Source: Podarcis liolepis
Lineage: Eukaryota
Assembly (NCBI GenBank): GCA_965112155.1
Contig: OZ218102.1
Direction: 5' to 3' (one strand)
DNA length: 64,000 nt
Numbering within the stretch: the stretch's first letter is position 1; each line of letters begins with the position of its first letter. This document shows, piece by piece, positions 36,321-50,939 of the stretch. A program made the position numbers and the translations under genes. The notes below the pieces were generated by a model. It saw only the letters and a list, made by a program, of their open reading frames with translations. It ran no database searches and was not told where the DNA came from.

Positions 36321-39300
36321 GTCAAGACTGGGAATAGGGTGCCACTCTGATTGTCTTGAGTGGGCATCGGATCTTTCAGGATTGGGCCCGGATGAGGGCA
36401 TAGTGGAGCGGACGGTAGTCTATGTGCTTCCCCTCCTGTTAGCGATGGGAAGATTCGGTTTGGGGCGATTTTTAAATGACCTGAATCTACTGGGTGGTCT
36501 GTACTTCCTTGGAGGAGCGTGTAGGATGTGTGTTAGTAAATGTATTGGTGGAGTAAGGCTCCCTGGAGCAATTTGGGTTTCTACTGATCCCTTAACTCCG
36601 TGTTTAGGAAGAGTGTGTGGGATGTCCCAGAAACTCGCCTACCGGATTTATGTAAGAGCCAGTCCGGCCCGTCTCACCAGATGGGTTGGAAGTGCAAACT
36701 ACTGTTTCCCCACTGGCTCAGAAGTACAAGTTTGGGCTTGGGGCTGCTCTGAGGTCAGTGGGCTGCCACCTCAGGTTTCAAATCAGAGTAATTTTATTTA
36801 TTATTGCAGATTTACTAAAAGCACTTTTATGCAGCTTTGTGTGTTGTTGCGGAAGATGCATTGTAAGCCATAGAAAAATAAAAGAACAATATAAAATCCA
36901 AATGATACAGTGAGCATAGATGTGTGGCTAGGTCCTAGCAAGAACATTTCCTTTGCCCTTGCTGCTTGATTGGAAACTTGTCCTGCAAACCATCATCAGG
37001 TACTCTGGTCCACGTGTGGGCTCCAGGACAGATACCTTCACAGCATGTGCTAAGGCCACATTTGCTGCTAGAGAGATTGCAGCCTTCTCTGTACCTAGGT
37101 GCAGAAATTCATGCCCATTTCCAGGTTCAAGGGCCCTCCCTGCTAAGTCTCCTGCAAAATGATAAGAATTGAGCTAGCTTAGGCTTTGCTGCTGAGTCTG
37201 TGCATGTGACCCTGTGTGGTGTGTGCCCATGTGCGCAAGACCTGCCCTGACTTTTCTTAGTCCAGGTCAGTCAAGAGCACAATTGGTTCCCACCCCAGAC
37301 GGCTCAGATCAGTCTCACTCTGCTGGAGCTGCATTAGTTGGATCAATAGCAGAAACCGCTTTAACCCAACAAGCTCATCAGCAGTATTTGGCATCGGCGG
37401 CGGTGCACACACACATTGATGCAGGGTTTCTGGAGACAGAACAGTCGACTTCTCAGCAAGAGAGAGGCCTTTGTGGACATGAGAGCATCTAAGGTACAGT
37501 CTCTGTGTACGGCTGCTTCGGGTTGATTATGGTTTTTCATAAACTTGCAGATTATTGGTAGTGCTAGAGCCCTGATTAAAACCATGCGCTTGCACTGCCA
37601 AAGTGATAGGTGACACCTCCTCACATGCTTCCTATAAATGGGTATTTTGGGAGGTGTTGTTTAGGGGCTCCCAGGCAGCCACTCTGCAGTTGCTACTCTG
37701 ATTTCACAAAGAATTGTGTCCCGAGGTGTCCCTCCACGATGCCGTGAGACTGGATTTAACTTTGCTGAGCCCTGCACATACACCAGCAGCACACACTGTC
37801 TGCTCTGCTCTATAGTCCATGGTGGTCTGAACAGGGTATGCATCTCTGCATGTTCCCGCTGGAGAACTTTACCCACTCTAATAGAGATTGGGCTAATAGG
37901 ACTCCTTGGCAGAAACCCTGAAATGCTTTGGCACCCTAGTGGCTATTTCACTGTGTGGCACGAAGGTTTATACTTGACACCCTGCTTTATATGATACTTG
38001 AAGTGCTCACTTCATGCCTCGGGTATAGGAAGCTGTTGTCTATGAAAGCACAATAAACTAGTCTTGAAAGTGCCATGGCACTTTAAATATATATATATAT
38101 TGGTGCTACTGACCTAAATGCTTCCAACTACACTTCTGGAATTTATTTCTTGGAAGTCCTGAGCATGTACTTTAAAACCAAAAGTAAACACTTGGCACAG
38201 TTTGTAAGTCTTTCTTGGCAAATCACTCTGGGCAGGAATGCCTAGCTTTTGCTTGTGGGGAGCACTGGCTGGAATCTCTATTGCTGTTGGGCTGGGTTGT
38301 GAGAAACAGGAAACACTAGCTTCCTTGTAGAGCTCATGTTTTGCATGTAGAAGGTCCCAGGATCAATCCCTGCTATCTCCACAAAGAGCTGGGAAAGCCC
38401 TCTGCATGAAATCCTGGAGAACATCTGACAGTAAGTGTAGACAATAGTGAACTTGATGGAACAGTGCCTTGACTTAATACTTAGTTCCATGCTGGGAAAG
38501 GGATTTAAGATTTTGTTAGTCTAATATCTTATACAGCAGGGAGCTGGCACCAAGAAGCAGGATCTTCTGGGAAAGGATACACTACTCAAAAAGAATAAAG
38601 TTTACCCTAATGCATTTAGTCCTTTTGTTTAACTGTTTTTACAAGCATGTTGGACTCCTGCTTTTGTTGGGCTGCAGTCCTACCCACTCTTACCAGGGAG
38701 TAATCCATATTGAGCACACATCGGGACTTGCTTTGAAGCGAAAATGCATAAAATTGTGTTCGTTAGGGAGCAGGCTATCTGCCTGCCGCAGAAATCTTGA
38801 GCTGCTCTGAGGCTTTGTGGTGGTGTTTACCTTAAGTGCTTATGAAAAGTTGGGCTGGCACTCCTGGTGATGTATTGCTGGCATTTTGCAAACGCAGGCA
38901 GTGTGAGCTGAGCTGAGTCTTCAAGAAACAGCAAAAACATGTCCCTGATCTACTCATCCAAGAGTGTGAACTGGAAACTGTGCAGTCAAGTGCAATGCAA
39001 GCGTTTTGGCTGATGGGATCTGCTGAGTTCTGGACTAAGCAAGTGTGGACTTTAAAAATATTTGGGGGTGTGAGTTGCACCAGAAGCTTAGAGACCAACA
39101 AAGGGAAGCTCTTACAGAAGGACACTTCTTTCACTGAGAAAAATAAAAATAAAAGGAAAAAGCCCTGATCGGGTTAAGGGCATTGAAGATCCCATGGAAC
39201 TATGAAAATACTGTAAGTTGGAGCACTGATACCATTGCTGAACTCCAGCACAAGAATGACTTTTTGCCTCCAATTATGACATAGTGTCAACTTAAAGGCT

Positions 39301-42300
39301 ATTATCTTGGCTTCCGGTTCTAAATTATGGGTCCGTTACTATAAGTCACTGCACTTCATCCCAACAATGGGCTGGGTGGAATGATACTTAAGTTTCCCTA
39401 TCCAAACTCTCTGAGGCTCAGGCTGTTTTGGACACTATGTTCTTGCAGCTTCAGGGTTGTTTCTTGTGTCTGCATGCATGGGTAAACATAATATGTAAAT
39501 TGCTAACACATGGACCTGCTTTACTGATAGGCCTATGAAATCCCATGATGGTTTGGGAATTCTGGTTTTCACAGGTCTTTTGATGAGTCGGGCCCATATG
39601 TTACCAATTTACACATTCAATTTGCCCATGCATGCACATGACATCACTGAAATGATTCCTACATATGCCACGCAAGTGTAGCGTGTGAACCTATCCTGGA
39701 AGAAACTCATCAGCTGGTTTGGGTGTTGTGCAATGTGCAGTTGCCTGGCATGCTTCTTTCTCCGAGTACACCCTATCATAATCAGAAACTGGCCCCACCA
39801 AGGGACTGCAGGACTGACTCATGCCTTTGCTCTGCTCATGCAGCCACGGATTGCAACTGCCTGCGTGTTGCTCCCTGCAATAATTACTGTTTTGTAGGAG
39901 GCAGAGAAAGGGAAACAGGAAATGGGGAGGGCTGGGTAAGTGGGCTGAGAGCAACACTTGTAAGTTACACCTTCCCAAAGAGGAGGCTGACTGCATCTGA
40001 TCCATAAAGAACAAGCAGGGGGGTTGGATATCATATGTAGAGGGAGAGAGGACTTCAGAGAATCATAGGGCTGGAGAAGAGGCGGGCTTATAGGCCACCA
40101 GGTCTAATCCCTGCTTGAAGAGACCACGACCACCACCACCTTCCTTGATGAGAATTCTGCCTTCTGTCACCACAAGCCTATTGCTGTGGAGTCTCTTTCT
40201 TTTTGCTGGGCCCTGCTTGCCCTGCCTCTGTTAATGTTATTGACTGATTTGCTTTGATGTTGTAGGTAGGCAGGGAGTTGACCTGTGCAGTCCAGGAGGT
40301 CATACCTGCCTTGGCGGCTGTTGGCTTCCCTACTCTGATGTCACAATGAGGCTTGCCTGGCTTGATTGTTTGCCGAGACCTTGGAATCTGTTGGGTTCTG
40401 TGGACTGCAAACGTCCTACGTGAGACCAAACTGCTCTTCTGTGGCGAGATGGTCTCTCACGTGATACCATGTGGGTGCTGAGTCAGATTTGTTGAGCCAT
40501 CCTGGGGCTTTTGAGAAAGAGGGACTTGTGGTTTCTAAGGTAAGGGAAAGCTAGAATGTTAAATACAGTGGCACCTCGGGTTACATACACTTCAGGTTAC
40601 AGACTCCGCTAACCAGGAAATAGTTCTTCAGGTTAAGAACTTTGCTTCAGGATGAGAACAGAAATTGTGTTCTGGCGGCGCAGCGGCAGCGGAAGGCCCC
40701 ATTAGCTAAAGTGGTGCTTCAGGTTAAGAACAGTTTCAGGTTAAGTACAGACCTCCGGAACAAATTAAGTACTTAACCTGAGGTACCACTGTACATGTGA
40801 TTGACTCGCGTGCAACTGCATATATGTGTGGTGCCGGGAAATAATTAAATTGTTCAATTCAAACTTGGAAATGGTGGGAGAGCTGGAGAGTCCTCGTGGC
40901 TCATGAGGAGACCCTCCCTGGAGCCTGAAAAGGACGACAGTGAAGGCGGAGGAAGCCCCAAAGAGACAGGAGGTGCAGTGGCGCTTTGTTTACACTGCTC
41001 AACCTCCCCACCTAACAGCTGATGTGTGGAGTAGCACAGCAGCAGCTGCTTTCCCACATGTCCTCCAGACTCCTGCCAGTCCTAGAGCTTCAATTCTAGT
41101 TGTGGATATTTCTGGTATGAATTGAAGAAAGAGTGGCAGAGAGGTTGTTTAGAGGGTGCTCCCCACTTTATGCGATTTCACTTATGCACACGAGGGCCCA
41201 GAACGTAACCCACACATAAATGAGGGGAGTGCCTGTACTGAACTATGCTATGGTGGTACAGTATTTTAGAATAAATGGCACTGTAATGATCCTACCAGCC
41301 ATGCTGGGGTAAGACAATGGATTAGTAGACTGGGAAGTTTTTCCGAACTGGCTGAAATTATGATACTGGTACCAACATAGTGTGAGTTGACCAATGTGTT
41401 CTGATAGGGCCCAGCCCCTGGGTAAGCAGGTGTTCTGGATTACTGTCTGCCTCCTGCCCTTTTTCATTTGTGTGATTAAATTCCCTGTTTGGATTGAGAT
41501 TTGGTTTGGATTTATTGCCTGGTTCAGTTGAAGGATGGGTGCAGGCCCATGGTCCTGGTTATCTTTGTGTCCCACGGGTCAGATTTTAACCCCCTGGTTA
41601 TTTAGTGGAAGTCCCACCCTGTCTGTCTCTGTTACTACAAGAGCATCTTGCAAGGCTGGAAGCTGTGCGTCTCCCACCCTCTTTCTTCCTTGGCATGGTT
41701 CAGGTTTTCAGTAAGCTAGTCCTGTTACCTGCATGCAACAGTTCCTCTGGCAGGCTATAATCTGTGCCCAGCCCCCAGCTCCCAGGCCTGATTGTTTGCT
41801 TAGCTCAGAAGGTGTTGCCCAGATGCCTCCCTGCAGAGCAGCCTAGGCAAGAATTCACACCTGGGAGCCTAAGTTTACACTTACTGCTGCTTGAGGGTGT
41901 GGCATAGCCAGTGGCCTTCAGAAAGTCAGAGAACAGATGTGCACAGGCTGTCAATTTAAAGGGGCAGATTTAGGGTATCTTATTTCAATGCCCCCTGCCT
42001 TGTGATTCATTCCTGTCCTGCTGCATCCTCTGTGTTGGTGAAAGACAAGATTGTCTGCAGCTGAGCCCCTTCTGTGTTGACCAGATCAAAATAGGACAGG
42101 ATTTTTGCACCTTTAATAGTTGTGTAGAGGAGGAAATGTTGATGGCTACAGCTTGGCACATTGCAGAGCTGAGAGAAACTGCACCCAGTAGAATTCTCCT
42201 GTCTGCTCAACTGTTTTGGGGCCATATCCTGAGCTGTGTTTGGTTAGCCTAGCTGACTCACAAAGCTGGGGTCCTTATTTGCTGACAGGCTGGCGCGCCA

Positions 42301-45300
42301 CTGCCTGTTCATTGTATTTGTAACCCTCCCCTCTTCTGCACCATGTGGCACTTCCCTAGAGTGCACAGGAAGAGCAGTGCCAACATGACTTCAGCTAATG
42401 TGGCTTTTTCAGCAGACGTCTTTCTTTCTTCTGCTGTTTGGGCCCTGGAGTCAATTTTGCAAGGCTGGTGCTAGGAGACTTTTCTGGCTTTGCCCAGTCG
42501 AAACCAGAATACAGTTCTCAGGGAAAGAAATGTCCTTTGCGACATAACCCATCATGGCTCATAAGAACATAAGAAGAGCCTGCTAGATCAGGCCAACAGT
42601 CCATCCAGCACCCTGTTCTCACAGTGCCAAACAGATCACTGTGGGAAACACATTAGCAAGACCCGAGCACACCAGCACCCTACCCACCTGCCGTTCCCAA
42701 CAACTGGTATTCAGAGACTTACTGCTCCTGGCAAAGGAGGTGCTACATAGTTACTCTGGCTAAAAAATGTAAAGGTAAAGGGACCCCTGACAATTAAGTC
42801 CAGTCATGAACGACTCTGGGGTTGTGGTGCTCATCTCACTTTACTGGCCGAGGTCATGTGGCCAGCATGAGTAAACCGCTTCTGGCGAAACCAGAGCAGC
42901 GCACGGAAGCGCCGTTTACCTTCCTGCCAGAGCTGTACCTATTTATCTACTTGCACTTTGACGTGCTTTTGAACAGCTAGGTTGGCAGGAGCAGGGGCCG
43001 GGCAACGGAGCTCACCCCGTCACGGGGATTCGAACTGCCGACTTTCTGATCGGCAAGCCCAAGGCTCAGTGGTTTACACCACAGCACCACCCGCGTCCCT
43101 AGTTACTGTGGCTAGTAGCCATCAATTTACCGTCTCCTCCATGAATTTGTCTTATCCTCTTTTAAAACCATCCAAGTTGGTGACCATCACTGCCTCCTGC
43201 GGAAATGAGTTCCACCGTTTAACAATGTGCTGCTTGAAGAAGTACTTTCTGTCCTGAATCTTTCAATATTAATTGTATGCCAATGAGTTCTAGTTTTGTG
43301 AGAGAGGGTGAAAAATCTTTTCTCCATCCACCTTCTCCACACTGTGCATAATTCTATGTTACCTCCCACTTACCTTTCTCTAAACAAAAAGTCCTGGATG
43401 GCCTCATTAGAGAAAGAAAAATCTTGGATGATCCCTCAGCCAACTCTGACATTTCCCAGCACCATGTAACATAATTCAGTGGGCAGGACTGTCCTTGGCT
43501 AATGCATCATGCATTTACCAATCCTGGTGGTGGTTCCCTTCAGAAAACGCTGATCCCTTCTGTTTTCTTGCAGAATGCCTCTTTTGTGCACAGGCAATTT
43601 GTCATCCAAGGGCTCTTGCAGGGCAGAAGGGAGAAAGAGAGTGGGCACAGCTGTGTCTGAAGGGCATGTCCAGGCAAGAAACGACGGAGCTGTGTTAACA
43701 CAGTGCATGGGAGCATCTTGCTTCCAGCAACACAAAAAACAAAATGCTTATGCCCTATGTGTATCCCCTTCTGTGACCACAGATGCTACGTTTATGCTGT
43801 GTTGTCCCCAAATGACTTCTGGATGTGCAGTATTCCAGCCTCCTCTGTTCCTGTCAGGGTGCTTATTAATGTGTGTTGCTAAGGAGCTGTGCCTGCCCAC
43901 CGGCAGATTCCCAAGGATGGGCAGTTGAGGAGTTGCGATTTACTGCATTCACACAAAACAGACAACACTTGTAGGGAGAGATGTTCGGGATCCTGAGGCT
44001 TAGTCGTCATCTTCTGTACCTGGTTCTCTGCCTTGTCCTGGCAGGAACTCTTTCATACCCAGCTCATTTCCATATTTGCCACATGTGGTTTTATGAGGCT
44101 CCTAAATCATCCCTCCCTCTCCATGTTTCTCTGTGAAACCTCTTCACCGGGGCCTAACAGACTGTTACTGATTGCAGGCTGCACACCAGTCTTCAAGTCC
44201 ACTGGGCTTTCTCCCTGCCTTCTGCTTTTGGTGCAGGAATTGCTCTCTTGTTTCCTTGCTATGCTGTGTGAGGGCACACATGAAGCATTTTGAAAACAGT
44301 AGCGTGCTATATGGAAACCATTGCTGTTATGCATATTTTCAGCTCAGGAATATTGCCTGCTCAAGAATAGCAGGAGGATTAACGTTCAATGTGTGTTATC
44401 ACATGCAGTCTCTACCTTCATAAGGACCTAATAAGAGCCCTGCTAAGTCAGACCTAAGGCATCTTTAGCCCAGCATCCTGTTTCCCACACTGGCCAACCA
44501 ATGCTTATGGGAAGGAATCCCACAAGAACTTGAGAACAATACAGTGGTATCTCGGGTTAAGTACTTAATTCGTTCCGGAGGTCTGTTCTTAACCTGAAAC
44601 TGTTCTTAACCTGAAGCACCACTTTAGCTAATGGGGCCTCCTGCTGCTGCCGCGCCGCCGGAGCATGATTTCTGTTCTCATCCTGAAGCAAAGTTCTTAA
44701 CCTGAGGTACTATTTTTGGGTTAGCGGAGTCTGTAACCTGAAGCATATGTAACCCGAGGTACCACTGTAGTCCTTTCCCGCTGTCATTTCCCTGCAACTG
44801 GTGTTCAGAGGAACCAGAAGCACTATATCCTGGTGTAGTAAGCAGCCATCACGACTGGTAGACTGTGAGAAGCCATGAATTTATTAACACCCCTTTTAAA
44901 GATTTTCAACTAATAACCATCACCACAAGCACCAGGAAACTAGAGTTTCCTAGGTTCTGCCAGTGGCATCCACAAGGGATCCTAACATTGGCTTTGAGGG
45001 TTTTGGCAATGATATATGGTACACCCTGAAGCAGTAGAGATCATTTTGTATGATAATGGCCCACTGGGCTGAGGATAAATCCTGAGCTTGGCCTTGCCTG
45101 TCCTCTCCTTACTCCCTGTCCTGACCACATCTTTCTGGCCTTGGTGTTAAACAGCTGGTTCCTATTCTGTGCTGTCACCTTCCTGATTCAGATATTTCAG
45201 TTGGATCCAGCATGTATACATTCCCTTTAACAGTTTGCTCTGTTTTGCTTCTGGGTACTTGGTTTCCAAAGGAATTAAGAATCACATATTCCTACATTGA

Positions 45301-45701
45301 AACAGATGCCACCTGACTCAGGAGAGGCAATGGCAGAAAGACCACCATAAGTTGTCTTATGTTTTTTCAGACTGGCTACATGGTTCCTTCTTTTTTCAGC
45401 TTGCCTGATTTAGAGTGAGATTTATATCCCACATTGCCAGTGCTTAGTTTCAGAGGGGTAGTCAGGTCAGCCTATATTGTAGCAAAAGCAGCAAAGAGTC
45501 CTTTTTGTGGCTGTTGCCTACATATTTGGTAAGAGTCTGCCTCAGTTTTGTGCATTTTATGGTTACGATAGCAGGTACATGACTATTTAAATATTTTCTG
45601 ACCCGAGATCCTTAGTCCAACAGACCACAAACATTCATTTCTTCCCAGTGACACTTGTTTCTTGATTCACCTGCACAGAGGAAGAAAGACTTTTAAAACA
45701 G

Positions 45702-45737
<36 letters not shown>

Positions 45738-48700
45738 CAGCATGAACTTAGTGTGGCTTGTCTCTTTCCTGTGTGCCATTTCACACAGGGATTCCATAAA
45801 TCTAATATAATGGTTGTCTTGATATACGATCAAATGTTTTAATTCTTCTTTGTGAGGCTAGCGTAGGAGAGTCACTTTATCAAGTCATGAGCTGTTCCTT
45901 CCTGTCTCAAAAAGGTAGCTGAAGTCATTTTTTAAATGCCATGGTAAAACCAGTCTAGCAACTTGAAACCTGGCTTCCCCTCACCCACAGAGGAACACCT
46001 TGCTTCTGCAGTCGGCTACTGAACCTGCCTTCTGATTCCTTTGTCTAATGATTAGAGTCCATTGCTTCCTAAGACAGTCCTAAAGACTGTCATGTACTGT
46101 ATACGTTTTACATTTGGCTCCCTCCTTCACACGGCCTTTGGGGTCACACCCTCCCATAATCTGAGTAACTGTTAGACATGCCATCATTTGTTTTGCACTA
46201 ACAGGATGAACCATTTTAATATCATACCCCCAAGTAACCCAGAAATCAACATGTTTTCTTTGTAGCGTATAATTATGTCCGTAATTTTGGTCTTGTTTGC
46301 CACAGAGATGACTGGGCCAGGTGCAAATGTAAGTCCGGGGTGCTCTAGGTATAAAGCAGGACTGTCAGGCTTGAGGGTGCTGAGTTTGACACATGGCAGA
46401 TTAGAGATCTTGCCTGATTCCCTTCTGGCGTGTTGCAAGCATAGTGCATGTGCTGCCTGTACAGGTGAGCTCCCGATGGTAGAGCTAGAGATTGTGTTTC
46501 TGGGGAATAAAGAAGAAAATATATTGAACTGGAGATGGGGGGGGGGGTGGCATTTAGGTTAGGCTTGGCAGAGCAGGAGGGGAGCTCAGCCCATTGTTCT
46601 GTGAAGAGGGAGACAGCTGGGGAGTGGGAGGCAGCCCACCCCCACTTAAGCTGGGGAGAGGGAAGTTTGGGGGGGTGCAGATTCAGGTCAGCATGTGATA
46701 ATGTGTCACTTGTCTGAAAACACCCGATCAGGAGTTGGTGCGAAGGGCATGTGTGTGTTTGCAGTCAGTGCCCTCCCACCTTGGTGAAGGAGCCCCAGTT
46801 CCTTTGAGACTTGATAGTGATAGACAAGCAGGCTCCGCTGTGGGGAAATGAAGCTTGTTACAGGGCACAGAGAGAGAGAATCTGACCCACTACTGGCAAT
46901 TTCAGTTATCAGCTTGGCGAACTTGATCCTTCCACACTGCACGAGGGCTGGCTGGGCCTAGCAGCATCTCTAGTCTTCTTAAAAAATGTGGTTAGTTTTG
47001 CAGTACAACAGGTTCTGCAGAGTGGCGATTCCTTAGCATGTTTTTTAAACCTGTTGTCTGTTGATCTCCTTGGATGCCTCCCAGCTCTTATGATTATGAG
47101 ATAATAATAGTTGCCTCCACAGGGCTGATTGCAAGTGGAAGTTAGGTAATGCGGGGGGGGGGGGCAGATCTTGTTGTCTCTTCACCTGGGTTTGAAGAGG
47201 ACCCGAATATTTCATTAAAGAAAACCAATAAATGGCTGCTGGCACAGATGGGACGAGGCTTTTCCTGAGAGTCCCTAGGTTCCCAAGAAGTTGAGGGTAG
47301 TGCCTATGCACTTGCACTTCTGCTGGAAATGGTGATGAAATATTTGGCTGGCCGGATCCGTAACCTGATACAATAAGGCTTTGGATACACTCCTCTCTGT
47401 AGTGTTGCTGCAACAGCCATGACTCAGTGGTTGAGCACTTCTTTTGCATGTTAGAAAGTCCCATTCCCTGGCATCTCCACACAGGGCTGGGTTTGTTCTC
47501 TGTCTGAAACCCTGGACAGCCAGCAGACAATGCTGAGCTTGATGGTCCAGTAGTGTGACACTGCATAAGGCAGCTGTTTCCTGTGTCCTTGTGCCTTCTA
47601 GGAGGAGACACCCCAGGCAGGATATTTTCTCCCCAGACTCATCAAATCTGGTACTTGGAGAAAGGAGGAAGGAGATTTCACACCACCTTCCACACACAAC
47701 TGCAGTGTCAGGAATGAGTGGTCCGTCTTGAGCTTTTGTGGGATTTTGGGGGAGCAAAAACCTACAGTTGTTTGAGATGGATTCCTGTGCACCTTCTGCC
47801 TGGTTCTTGAGCTGAGCACCGACTTCCTGAAAGACAAAGCAGGGGTCCTGGGTTTGGAAGTAAACTGGATGTCTCCTAGGTCCTTCTCTGAACCAGAGAA
47901 GGGCAGACCCAACCTTTCTTAATCCTGAAGCTCCTTCCGATAGGGACCACAAAGCTGCCTATCACTTTAAGAGCTTGGAGAAAGCAAGAGAGCCTGTGCC
48001 AGGCAGTGACAGTGCTTCCTGGGCAGAGGGACCATAGCTGCACACTCTCACTGCCTTCTGTCTTTTAAAGTAGCAGGCGGAATGGCCAGAGTTGTTCTGA
48101 TCAGTGCCTGATTGGCAGGTAGACCTAGAAGCTGTCTCAGGGTTGTCCAATGGGAACCCAGCCTGCTCTGAAAGCAGCCTTTGTACCTCTTCAGTCAAAG
48201 ACCATTTCCTCTGTGTGCTGAGTTGCCTGGAGCCAAAGGAATGGTGTCTCTTGTCTATGGAGGTGGCTGCTGCCTGCCTCTTCCTCTGCCTACTACTGAG
48301 CTAATTGTTCCCAAGCTAATCTCCTTGAGAAGCTTAACTTAGCTGGGGGCTGGGAGAAGCCAGGAGACTCTACCTATGGCCTGGTAATGCCAGCGGCTTG
48401 CTGTGGAAAGCAGGTGGCCAAAATAAGTTCTGATTTTGCAGCGCAAGTAGAAGTTATTTCCCTTTGCTCCTGTATTACGAGGTGCATAAAGGAAACTGTT
48501 TGCCCTTGGGGTTCAGTTAGCTCCAGCAGGGGGCCTTGCTAGCTCCCCCATCCTTCATTGCAGAAGTTGTCTGCTAAAGATGCCACATAACTCATTTTAA
48601 ACAGGCCTGACCTGTTTTTACTTGCCATCTGTCCAGGTTTTTGTTTTAATTCAGCTTTAATGCCAGGCACCAGGCCATTTAAAAAGCAATTTGCGTATTA

Positions 48701-50890
48701 AAATGGCGCAACTACAATAGTTTGTATGCAAATAAGCCACAGCTCCTTTTGACTGTGGGAACCCTATTGCCAGGCCTGCCTCAGGTGCCTCTCCTTCTCC
48801 TCTGCAGGTAAAGGACCTCTAACCAAAGTATCCTGGTCCCTTAGTCGTGATGGCAACTCCCCCTTCCTATCCGGGGCAGCCATAAAAGGTTGCAACCACC
48901 TGTAAGGTATCGGTGGAGCCATCCTCAATGATGCAATGGCCATGTTTGGGGACAAGGGAAGGGCCACCCAAGTTTGGGACTTGACTTGTCTCTTGCTTTT
49001 TCCAGCTTTGTTCTCTCTTTCTGAGAACATGTCTTGCCCCTGGCTTTTCTCTTCATCTACCCACCCTAATTAGACTTAAACCTGCAGCACAAGCTTCTTA
49101 TACAGCTGACTTGAAGCTAAATCCCCTTGCAGAGCCAGCCTGGGCAGGGTCAGCTCAGGAAGCCGGCCTTCTGCTTCCTCCACAGAGAGCGCTGAGCAAT
49201 GCACCTCTGTGAAATGCATGAGGGGCGAGTGGTGTGGGGAGGCCTCCCCTCTGCGCGCCCCTTGAATCTGGAGGACATTTTCCTGGGGGATGAAAGGGCC
49301 ACAACAGCACTGGGGGCAGGGCGAGAATTATTGTCTGGGAAACGATGTTTACTCTGTGTGCCTATGATTTCATCTTGCTTGCACTCATGGAATTCGTCAC
49401 AGAATTTGGCACCCATAAATTCTCCGTTTTCCTGTTAAAACCACACATCTGTTGCTGTTACGGCTGTGAACAAAAGCTGGGACACGTGGGCAGTGTTGGG
49501 CGAATTCCTCGACGCCAGAGGACCCTGTGCAAGACTTCCAGCCTCAGGGGCGGGTGTGGGGAACAGGGACAGGAAGGTGTTTGGGTCTTCCCTTGGGTGC
49601 GTTGTTCCCATCTCCCTTGCGTCTGACCATTCCCCAGATCCAACTCATTTGAACGTTTCGATCTTGGAAGCAGAAGACAGTATGCGCACACACAAAAAGC
49701 AAAATACGTGCATATTTTGCATGATTTCCATAATTTATTCAGGTCACCGAATTTGAACCTCCTTGGTGCAGAAATATACACAGCCCTCATTGTTCGTCTT
49801 TCCTCCAAGTACCAAGGAGAGGTTGTTGCGAGATAAGAGTCAAACAATATTGCATTGATTTTTCCAAAACAATTAGTCTCTATGATCTCTTCTGCTGCAG
49901 ATAGTGACCCCACAACCCATGAGCAGCTGCTCCATAAAACTTACTTCCTGGTAACCTAGTGGTTACAGATTCTGTGCTGTGGTGCTTTTGTGGTGGGTGG
50001 GAGAAGTCAGCTGGGAATGAGATGAGAGCAGAGTCACTATTTGACTTTGTCCCAATGGGATCCATGCAGGACTTGCTCCCTTTGGAAACTGCTAACGTGG
50101 CACTTTTACCCAGGATGGGAGGGGGTAGCTTTTACTTTCCCAGCTATTTAGTGGTCTTATGAATATTGCATGAGAATTACAGGCTCCTAAGAAGGGGAAT
50201 GGCTCTATATTTCGCTCCCTGTTCCTTGGGAGCCAGGCTAGTGGCTAGCTGACCGTTCTGGGATTCAAGGGCAGCCATTTCCCCCAGCAGTGTGTGTGAC
50301 TTTCTGACCTGTTCCAGGGTTGTCATTGACTAGCAAACTCTCCATACGGGTTTTATTTCTGCAAATGGTACTGAAGCAGTGCTCTTTCTCACTGCTCCCA
50401 TTAAACTGCAGCTACTTACCCCAATCAATGTCTTCCTGGCCATCTCTAGTACCCCTAGAGATTGTGGCTGGTTAATTACATCCTGGCGGCAGGTATTCCA
50501 GTCACCGCATCTCGTGGGGTTGGCTGGATCAGAGTGCTTGCTTCCCGCACATCTCCCCCTCTCCCTCCACTATCTCCAGACTGAACATGGCAAGGAGGCT
50601 GAAATCTACAGTGAAAAGGACACCAAAGTCTACAGCAAGCAGCAGCATTCTGAGGGCTGCTTGGGAAGCAGAGGAAGCCGTGCAGTGAAATGAAACCTTT
50701 GGTCCATCTGGCTCAGAATTACCAAGGCTGATTAGCAGCGACTCTCCAGGATTTGAGGACCAAACTGCACATGGCACTAAATGTGTCGCTTGGAATCGTG
50801 TCAGGGTTGTTGTTTATTTAATATTAGTGCAGGGCCCTAGTTTTCATCAGGATCACAGTGCAAGGGGTGGGGAAGTTGAGCCCAGTTAAC

Positions 50891-50939
<49 letters not shown>

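Noticed and set aside
36166-36873. 235-aa plus ORF in UBTD1 intron 1
   Set aside because: GTG start, no recognisable domain, extends from the CpG island edge.
47045-47952. 188- and 225-aa minus ORFs
   Set aside because: They run through a SINE copy and show no protein motifs.
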